Positions 54,683 to 64,000 of a DNA stretch of 64,000 nucleotides are shown here, one piece after another (position 1 is the stretch's first letter; every line of letters begins with the position of its first letter). The stretch comes from Podarcis gaigeae (lineage: Eukaryota): assembly GCA_964106915.2 (NCBI GenBank), contig OZ066919.1; one strand, 5' to 3'. The notes under the pieces were generated by a model. It saw only the letters and a list, made by a program, of their open reading frames with translations. It searched no databases and was not told the DNA's origin. A program made the translations under genes and the position numbers.

Positions 54683-56810
54683 CCCTCTTTTAATTTCTGT
54701 TCATCCCAACCCACTACCCAAATAGATATGGTGACACTATGTTGGGGTTGTCATATTTCCAAAAGTGAAAGGCCAGACAGAAAAGTTGCTAAGCTTTTTT
54801 TGGCAAAGATTTTGACAAACTGCTTCCGGCTATGTCTGGGAAATTCTGGATGTATTTCCTACTATATGGAGATTAGAACATACCTCCCATGAGTAGAAAG
54901 GTATTTGATTGGTTATTAAAAGCCACCAAGATTAGAATGTTATGCATATACTTACATAGGTAAAATTCCTGTTGAGTTTAGTGGGACATTTCTGAGTATA
55001 CATGCACATAATCGAGCTAAAGGACAGGAAAACTACAATCAATTGATATAGGTCAGAAATTTAATTGTAATCATGGCTTCAGGGGACCCCCAATAATCAA
55101 AGATGATGATGATGATGATTATTATTTTAGTATGCAGTTGGACAGAAAATGTGGTTGGGCGATTAATGCAATTGGAAAGCTGATTATGTGCAGTCTGAAA
55201 AATGGGAGGGGGGTTACATATTAGGCAAATGTTTTATTAAGATATTAAATAACAGACAATTAAAGGAACAGCATGTACATAGATTATATAAGTATAAAAT
55301 GTTCTCAGTTTTCAGATTTAAAACAAACTGCCCAGGCCATATTAAAACACCACCTTTTTTGCCAGATCCTCATCTTCTTCACCTTCAAGCAGTTGATATC
55401 ATAGTTTGTAGTAGAGGCAACTGCTGAACTGATCAGACCAATTTCTTTGTTAAGCTAATGGCCTTAGCTCGGGCTATAAGCACCCCCCATGTGGATGGCC
55501 AAAGACCTGTTGGGTCTTCCTTCTATCCCACCTGGATGAATGGCAAGTCATACTTGAAGTAGAAGAACACTGGCCAGGGCTTAACCTTTTGTCCAAGTCT
55601 TGGTCTGAAAGCTGGGAAGAGACACAGAGGCTTGTCTTGCTCTGTGTGCAGAATCCAATGCTTATAGCTATGTGAAGGAAGAAGTTAGTGAGAGGAAGTG
55701 AGAAGGGGTGCAGCCCCTAGTCATAGATCAAAATAAAGAGATCAACGTAAGCAACTGAAAAATCATGTCTGTGGGGCAAAAAATCATTTCCAGAAAGCAA
55801 AGCAAAACTTGTCTGAACCATAATGCAGTTTAATGTAGCCTTTGTTGGTATGGACTGACTACTGTGCAATCGGTGTGATTACTAGCACAGCCGATGAGCA
55901 TTCCACGGTCAGTCTGCAAGAGCAACAGCAAATTCCTGTGTCTATAGGACTTCCCCAGCTTTGCTGTGTTTTTCTCTCCAGGGTTGCAATGGCAAAACCC
56001 CTCGGGAGATGTGCTGCGGAACACACTAAATGCTATTTGTAGCTCACATTTTGTGCCTTTTTGCCATTATTTAAGCGGCAACAGTAGTAGTAGTTTGATG
56101 GCATCAGGAGCTCATGGGGGTTAGGGGGAGGAAACCAGAGGCTTGATGGGAGATGGGGGCTAACAGCTAAGTATATGTATGCCATCTTGGGTTTAATGAC
56201 AAAAGGACAGAAGGATAGAATTGTAAGGAAAAAAACAATCTGCAAGGAGTCGCACCTCCAATGAAATCAAGCTTGTAGATGATTCCTCCCCTCTCATTTT
56301 ATCCTCACAACAAACAAATGAACCTGGGTAGGCTGTGAGAGGAGTAGCTCAAGGGCTGTGCACACACCACACATTGAAAGCTCATTCCTGCCCCCTGAGA
56401 ATCCTGGGAACTGTAATTACTTCTCACAGAACTGCAATTCCCAGCACTCTTAGCAAACTACAGATCCCCGGATTATTTGGGGGGTACTTTTTAATGTATG
56501 GCATATACACAGCCAAGGTAACCCGGTGTGTTTCATGGCAGAGTGGGGATTTGAGCCCGAATATCCCCTTTTCCGATCCAGCAATCTAAAGCGCCTGCTG
56601 CTGATCACATCCCTATAAGCATTTTGAAATTCATGGCACTTAAAAATACTTTCCGACCAAAAAATTACATTGAAATGTATGTTTCAGTGAACAAAAATGT
56701 CTATAATGTTTTAAACTTGCATGAAGGAGAATTTACATATTGCCAGCTCTTATTTAGAGGCTGATCCAAGCCTTGTTAAAAATTGGAGGATGTCTCCCTT
56801 TGTGCTAGTT

Positions 56811-57664
56811 ACAGGTAGGTAGCCATATTGGTCTGCTGTAGTCGAAACAAACAAACAAAAAAATTCTTCCAGTAGCGCCTTAGAGACCAACTAAGTTTGT
56901 TATTGGTATGAGCTTTTGTGTGCATGCACACTTCTTCAGATACACTGAAACAGAAGTCACCAGACCCTTATATATAGTGACAGGGTGGGGAGGGGTATTA
57001 CTCAGAAGGGTGGTGGGAATGGGTGATTAGCTGATAGATGTGGTAAACCTGTTAACGACTGTTAACGACTGCAATTGGTCTTACAGGAAAAAGCAAGGTG
57101 TGAGATGGCTAAAAATAGCTTTATCTTGTATAATGAGATAAGAATCCAATGTCTCTATTCAGACCAGGTCTCTCCATGGTTTTAAGTTTGGTAGTAAGTT
57201 GCAATTCAGCAACCTCTCTTTCCAGTCTACATATTTCTGAAATCGTTTGAAGAAGTTAAAACAGTTCAACGCATCATCAGAGATCTACCACCTCTCCTAG
57301 ACAATGACAGTTCTCTTTCTCAAGCTCTGGGAGGAAGATCTTTCATTGCCTGCAGACAGCCACCCAATCTTAAAGAACTCCTCACCCACAGTAGGGGAAC
57401 ACTTCAATCTCCCAGGACATTCTATACAAGATCTCAAAGTACTATTACAAAACTATTTCAGAAATATATACACGATAAAGCTATTTTTAGCCATCTCATC
57501 CCTTGCTTTTTCCTGTAAGACCAATTGCAGTCATTAACCCTCTCACTATATATAAAGGTCTGGTGACTTCTGTTTCAGTGTATCTGAAGAAGTGTGCATG
57601 CACACAAAAGCTCATACCAATAACAAACTTAGTTGGTCTCTAAGGTGCTTATTATTTTGTTCCG
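56811..57664. mobile_element. Penelope-like element with inverted terminal repeats and a GIY-YIG C-terminal remnant
   Basis: Peptide VGEHFNLPGHSIQDLKV. Inverted arms ~56875-57130 and ~57470-57648. Flanking 12-bp direct repeat TTTGTGCTAGTT. Confidence 0.85.
57580..57617 (+). ncRNA. Degenerate minimal type-I hammerhead ribozyme of the Penelope-like element (mirror copy 56906-56943 on minus; third copy 59532-59569)
   Basis: GTAT-CTGAAGA-A-GTGTGCATGCACAC-AAAA-GCTC-ATAC; the GAAA box is mutated to AAAA. Confidence 0.6.
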
Positions 57665-59178
57665 TTTGTGCTAGTTTCAGGAAGAGATTTTTAAAAGCTA
57701 CCTTTAATATGGACTTGAGTTTTTCCTTGTTTTTCCTTTAGGAAAATCAGACAGAAAAAGAACCTGCTTTTCCTGCTGCTGCAATGGTAGGTTGACACTC
57801 CTCACTCTCATATGACAAAGGACATTGTGCAGCTGCCTCATCTCCACAGCACAATGATTTAAAATAAAAACAACCTCCTTTTACCTTCAGTTCACCCCTA
57901 TCCCCCACTGTTACCCAACAGGAACAACTGGGAAACTTACATTGTCACTCAGTGCAACCCTATTATTAACAGAGTTTGCACATGAAAGGGGGGAAAAATA
58001 CATCCCTTATCTCCTTTGTCAGATATTCCCCTGACCAGTGTTCAGGGCAAAACCCATACACTGCTGTCCTTTCTAATGGATATGTTTCCATGAAACAGTA
58101 AAAATTAATTTGACTAAACTGTAGATTTCATTGTGAAATACAGTAACTTGAAACTAGTATCTTATAACAAAACATGTAGAATCAGACTCAGAACACAGTG
58201 GGAGGGGGAAGGATTGCTATAAAAGGCCTCACCCTTGTATAATAAACTATCTGTAATCATTTTTCTTTGAGTGTGATGGGGGATGGAGAAAAACAGCTTA
58301 ATTACCTACTTGGAATGTGCAATACCTTAACTACCGATTTCCAAAATTCCAATGAAAATGTGCTGAGAAACACAGGGAAGCACTTTCATAATAAAATATG
58401 GTGACTAAATATGCATTTACTTCTTGATTTTAGATTTCATGCTTTAGAATCTGGACACTTTTGACCACACTGGGAAACGTTACTGTTTGAGATGAGAAAC
58501 ACTTTTTTTTCTTTTTAAAAAAGTAACCTTTTGTCTGGCTACTGTTGTAAGTCTTTGTAGCAAGAGGCTGTTTTCAGTGTTATCTGTAGTAGGACTTAAA
58601 TAAGATACCTCTCAAGAACTTTCATGATTCTCTCTATATATGGAAGTGAATAGCTTCGGTACAAAAAATAAGGTCAAAGTGCTTTTCTGAATGTGAGCCC
58701 AAACCCAGGATAAAATATGTAGGAAATTTTGTAAACAGCTCAAATCAGTTTCCTTTGCTGCTAGGTGGGGGAAGCTTAGGTCTTCCTGTTACACAATGTT
58801 TGTGTCAACAGCAGGAAAATGTGAGGCTATTTGACAGCAGACAGCAATGAAGCAGCCAAAAAACGGAAGCTCTCTATTACCGTCAGTGGGGCTACAATTT
58901 CTGCCCAATTGCAATGTAGAAAGATTACTAGAGCCATAACGAGACTGAGTGACTCTCAGAACCAAGTATTTAAAAAGGGAGATAAGAATATAATCCTAGA
59001 AACTGAGTGCTGAATATTTTTCATCTTCTAATGTAGGGCCACCCCCACCAACAAAAACCTCACCACCCTATCTTGGTCTTTAAATTTGAACTGCAAAAAT
59101 TAGCAGGAGGTTTTAATGCCATTGAGCTAAACATAATCACACACTAAAAGGCTGAGGAGATAAGGAATCTATATAAGG

Positions 59179-59615
59179 AACCCTTATATATAGTGAGAGG
59201 GTGGGGAGGGGTATTACTCAAAAGAATGGTGGGAATGGGTGATTAGCTGATAGGTGTGGTAAACCTGTTGACAACTGTTAATAACTGCATTTGATCTTAC
59301 AGGAAAAAGCAATGGGTGAGATGACTAAAAATAGCTGTCTCATGGATTCTTATCTCATTATACATGATAAAGCTATTTTTAGCCATCTCACCCCTTGCTT
59401 TTTGCAGTCATTAACAGTCTTAACAGGTTTACCACACCTATCAGCCAATCACCCATTCCCACCACCCTTTTGAGTAATACTCCTCCGCACCCTCTCACTA
59501 TATATAAGGGTTTGGTGACTTCTGTTTCAGTGTATCCGAAGAAGTGTGCATGCACATGAAAGTTCATAACAATAACTAAGTTAGTTGGTCTGTAAGGTGC
59601 TACTGGAAGGATTTT
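59179..59615. mobile_element. Second Penelope-like fragment, fold-back form
   Basis: Homologous to 56875-57150; arms ~59179-59337 and ~59371-59511. Confidence 0.85.
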
Positions 59616-60482
59616 TTAATTTTTTTTTAAATTTTTCCCCAACAATATTTAAATCAGTCCAGCCCTTGTTTGTAGAGTTAGCAGAGTTGGAATAGCCCCT
59701 GAACTCTCTCCTGTCCTTTTAACAGCAAAATTCACCAGGTGAAACATTTCATGGCACACCATCAGTGACTAATAATGGCAGGGTTCCTGTGCCACTAAGA
59801 AGTTGGGACAGGCAGAAATTCAAGAGGTGCAGCTTTCCCTTCCACTGATGGGAAAAGTTGTAAAAGTATTGCCTGTCCCACAAGTGTACAGGAACCGTGC
59901 TTGGCTGGGGTTAGATAGTTAGGACAGGAGTGTCCAAACTGCTTTTGCTCATCTTACACCAAGCCCAAAGGAGACAGTTGATGGCCTTGGCAGAAAGAGC
60001 ACACAACAGCAATTGAGGGTAGAAGTGTCATTTGCTCTGTCGCACAGCAAAGGACTGAGCTGCCAGTGATAAGATTCAAATATAGAAACTGTGCTAAGAG
60101 CTCAGTGCAGACAACTTGACAGAAGAGGTTGACCTTGTTCCTGAGTTCCGAGGTTGCCCAATTGAAAATGAGGACTACAGCCCTCAGAAACACTATTTAA
60201 TATTTTCAGTCTTCCTGTAAGCCTTGCTTCTGGAAAACCATGTTCATTATATAATGCTGATAAAAGTGGCAGAGCCCAAACAGGTAGGGGATGGAGCTGC
60301 GAGCCAAGAAAATTCTCAAGAGCATGCCTGAACCAGCGCTTCTCGTGAATAGTGCTTATGTGGAAGGATATGAATGACCTTGTAATTTACCAGGCTTGGT
60401 AGCTATACTTGTGCTCCTCAAAGAAGTGTGAGGTGTTCTTTTGCATTCAAAGAGCAGAGGATGAGGTGTCAATAGTTTAAGC

Positions 60483-61400
60483 CAGGGGTCAGCAACCTAA
60501 GGCCCATGGGCCGGAAGTGGCCTGCAGAGGTCATTTGACCGGCCCACAAGCCACCCCCAAACTGAGTTGCCTGTGGTGCTGGAAATCAAGTCTGTGCAGA
60601 CACAGATGCCGAAAATCATGGGTGCACACGCGCAGATGCCGTAAATCACGGGCGCAGGCGCTTATGCACACACAAGATCTGGCCCATGGAGGGATCTCAG
60701 CAGGACTGATCCGGCCCAGGCAAGATAAACCTTGCTGACCCCTGGCCTAAGCCATGGATAGGCAAACTAAGGCCCGGGGGCCGGATCCGTCCCAATCACC
60801 CTCTAAATCTGGCCCGCGGACAGTCCGGAAATCAGCATGTTTTTACATGATTAGAATGTGTCCTTTTATTTAAAATGCATCTCAGAGTTATTTGGGGGGG
60901 GGGCATAGGAATTTGTTCATTTTTTTCTTCAGAATATAGTCTGCCCTCCCTCCAGGTCTGAGGGATCAGTGGCATAGCATGGGTTGTCAGCACCCGGGCA
61001 AGGCAAGTAATTTGCGCCCCCTAACCTGCCGCCGCTGCCAGCTTCTTCTTGCTGCTGCCTGGTCTGGTCTGGTGTGGTTCTCTCCCGCGCTCAACGCTGC
61101 GCTGGGCGGCCGCTGCACTGTCCCCCCCCCCCCAGATAGTCCCTCGCTCTCTCTCCGCACCGCACGCCTGGCACCCACCCCCTCCACAGTGGGTGCGACC
61201 CAGCGGCTCGGATCGGATTCGCACAGCCAGCACTGCAGTGAGATAGAGTGAGTGAGTCAGGTAGGGGCAGAAAGCTGTGAGTGCGAGCGCCCCCCGCCAG
61301 ATGTTGCGCCTGGTGCGGCCAGCCTCCCCTGCACCCCCATGCTACGCCACTGTGAGGGATAATGGACTGGCCCCCTGCTGAAAAAGTTTGCTGACCCCTG
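60483..61400. mobile_element. Two tandem hAT MITEs (60483-60744, 60753-61400) with a third element nested at 60967-61352
   Basis: CAGGGGTCAGCAA/TTGCTGACCCCTG ends with GCCTAAGC-like 8-mers. Nested CAGTGGCATAGC...GCTACGCCACTG has target-site duplication TGAGGGAT. Confidence 0.85.
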
Positions 61401-61769
61401 GCTAAGCAGCCTCAACCTGGAAATTTGCATACTGAGGCTGGCACAAAGTGGTTCATTGTTTGTATAAGGATTTGAGAAATAATTCCATGTTGATTGGCCC
61501 ATACCTGGGGGAAGATTGATGTTAGGGTTTTTAAGAAAGAAAACAAACAAGTCAGCATGCAAGTTAAAACAAACCAAAGGATTTTAAAAGCCACAGTCAT
61601 AACACAGATGCAAATTCTCGCCTTGCTGATGCAGCAAAGAAAGATAAAAGGGAACTCAAAGCTAGAGACTGTATCTTCTATGGAGGTCTCACTTTGCAGT
61701 ATTTTGTGTTCCTGGCATCCCCACAGAAGGATTTCATAGGTTGAGTCTTTCTTGATCCAATTTTAGACA

Positions 61770-61922
61770 ACTGGATAGCTCAGTCAATAGAGTATGATAC
61801 TCATAATCCGAGGGTTGTGGGTTTGAGCCCTGCGTTGGGTGAATGATTCCTGCATTACAATGGGTTGGACTGGATGCCCCTTGTGGCCCCTTCCAACCAA
61901 TTCTATGATGCTATGATTCTAT
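61770..61922 (+). mobile_element. tRNA-Lys-derived SINE with a CR1-type 3' tail
   Basis: GGATAGCTCAGTC...GGGTTGTGGGTTTGAGCCC head; GGGTTGGACTGGATG...CCCTTCCAAC...TTCTATGA tail. Confidence 0.75.
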
Positions 61923-61944
61923 ATGCCATCTCCTTGGCTTGCAA

Positions 61945-62125
61945 GGACTATAGCTCAATGGTAGAGCATTTGGTTTGGATCCAGAAGATTCCAGGTTCAA
62001 TCCCTGGCTTTTCCAGGCAGGGCTGGAAATATCTCTTATGAAACCATGGAGAGGTGCTGCCAGTCAGTGCATGCAATGCTGAGCTATATGAACTAGTGGT
62101 TTGTGTAGGTATAAATAGTTTCCTG
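61945..62125 (+). mobile_element. tRNA-derived SINE
   Basis: TAGCTCAATGGTAGAGCA...GGTTCAATCCC; body resembles 48900-49090. Confidence 0.65.
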
Positions 62126-63027
62126 TGTTGTTGTTGTTTACCCATCCTTCATGCTAAGGTCTCAGGCCAGGTTCCTATTTCTTGACACACTTGAAACATC
62201 TTCACAACTTAGGTTGCTTCCTTAGTAAAAGTGTTTGAAGATATCAGATGTGTATTCACATGATGCTTCAGTTCATGGCTGTCATTTATCACTTTTGTGT
62301 TAGTCTCCTGCCTAATGGTTGTCACAACAGCTATGTGAGGTAAGTCACTATTAATCCCATTGTACAGATGTGGGAACTAAGACTGGCAGCAACTTGCTCA
62401 ACCCTCCCACATGGAATTAGATGCTAGAACATGTATATTGAATTCTTAACAATTTATTGTAATTCCCTCGCCCACAACCGAGATTGCCATTTGCCCCTGT
62501 CATCCACTGCTTCCAGTTCCGGATGATACATTTTAAGAAAGACGTTGACAAAGTGTGCGAACCAAAATAGTGAAGGGTCTGGAAACCAAGTTTAATTTCA
62601 ATGGGTAGACTCAATGAAATTAATGAAGCTAAATAACTTGTGTGCATTGATTTAAATGGGTTTGTTCTCTTTTTTTAAAAATGTATTTTTATTAAAGATT
62701 TTCTTGATTTACAAAGGCATGTGCAATGTCTCTCTCTCATATTTTTTTCCACGTAACACATTTTTTTAAAAATTGGTTTCATTTGTTGAAACATTAGTAA
62801 GAAAAGGGGTCAATTGGCTACAACTCCAGGTCCTCTGAGCAATGGTTGAAAGAGCTGGACAGGTTTAGCCTAGACAGAAGAGAATATTAAGGCATGAGAA
62901 TTTTATTTAAATATCTGAAGGTCTGTCATTCAGAAGGTGAAGCAGACTCAGTGGGTAAGAATTTAGTGGAAGCACATTTCAGATAAACAGAGAAGTAGCA
63001 GGAGCAGGTAAAACAGACTGCTTCCAG

Positions 63028-63274
63028 GAGAGCCAGTGTGGTGTAGTGGTTAAGAGCGGTAGTCTCATAATCTGGTGAACTGGGTTTGATTCTCCGCTCC
63101 TCCACATGCAGCTGCTGGGTGACCTTGGGCAAGTCACACTTCTTTGAAGTCTCTCAGCCCCACTCACCTCACAGAGTATTTGTTGTGGGGGAGGAAGGGA
63201 AAGGAGAATGTTAGCCGCTTTGAGACTCCTTAAAGGGAGTGAAAGGCGGGATATCAAATCCAAACTCTTCTTCC
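63028..63274 (+). mobile_element. tRNA-derived SINE inserted in a CR1 3' remnant (~62850-63395)
   Basis: GCCAGTGTGGTGTAGTGGTTAAGAG head and (CTT)n tail. Flanks read GTTTAGCCTAGA.AGAAGAGA and GGTTGGACTAGATG..GTCCCTTCCAG..TTCTATG. Confidence 0.7.
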
Positions 63275-64000
63275 TACTGATTTAAGCAGAGACTGGGAGT
63301 GGTGGCCATCTGTTGTGAATTTTGAAGTGGCAAGTTTTCTTCATTGAGCAGAAGGTTGGACTAGATGCTATCCAAAGTCCCTTCCAGTTATTCTATGGCT
63401 CTGTGTGAAATTGTTCTGGCCATGTTTTCTAGCTGGAAAGAGGCAATTCCAGGTGAGTGACTCATACAGAGGCACACAGAGGGTGTGGGTTCCTCCAAAG
63501 TTGGGTTAATCTCTATTTCTACATTGGGAGCTGCTGAGCAATCTAAATGAATGTCTGGTTTAGAGTTGAGAACACAAATAGCTGCACCCAGCAGAGCTGA
63601 ATGAATAGAAACATTTTCATGAATGCAATAATTCATAAAGAGACACAGTGGGCAGCCTCCCATGATTTAGCTGTACAGGAGCCCTCAATTGTTTCAAGAA
63701 TCAATTTCTCATAGCATAGTAGCAGTTTTATCATGCCAGTTTGGGAATTAATTCCCACCTGCAATAGTCATGTTCTGGTTACGTGTTGTTATTAGGCAAA
63801 GTTTTTGGTGGTGGTGAGAAACGCTCTGATTTGATTTTTCCTGGAAGGGGATGTTATCACAGTGCAACAATCCTATGCTCTGATATAGTGCTAAACTTCA
63901 GCTATTTGTTTTTAAAAGTGAGATCTAGAGTCACAGATGACTGCAGAAGAAGAGATGCGTTTCATTTGAAAATGATTGAGAATACAAATGAGTTATGTCT

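Noticed and set aside
61770-61850. tRNA-Lys gene
   Set aside because: Mutated stems and anticodon, and it continues into a CR1-like tail, so it is a SINE head.

Overview
Vertebrate genomic DNA. Sauria-type SINEs point to a squamate, probably a lacertid lizard (inference). The window holds a complete HIPK1 gene on the minus strand. I traced 15 coding exons from 38628 to 9228 with consistent splice phases (3618 nt, 1205 aa plus stop), a CpG-island promoter near 45.2-47.1 kb and a ~6 kb 3'UTR ending near an AATAAA at 3259-3264. Introns and flanks carry Sauria and other tRNA-derived SINEs, hAT and Tc1/mariner MITEs, CR1 and L1 fragments, two Penelope-like elements with degenerate hammerhead ribozymes, a probable decayed DIRS element and possible solo LTRs. 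The most unusual signal is a ~1.9 kb cluster of fold-back inverted repeats in the 3'UTR (4619-6463), including a ~280-bp stem that covers two AATAAA hexamers. Other notable points are a GC-AG intron, a 135-nt cassette-like exon with QKI and RBFOX motifs, and a candidate upstream coding exon that would extend the N-terminus in frame. No searches were run; family names come from motif recognition.
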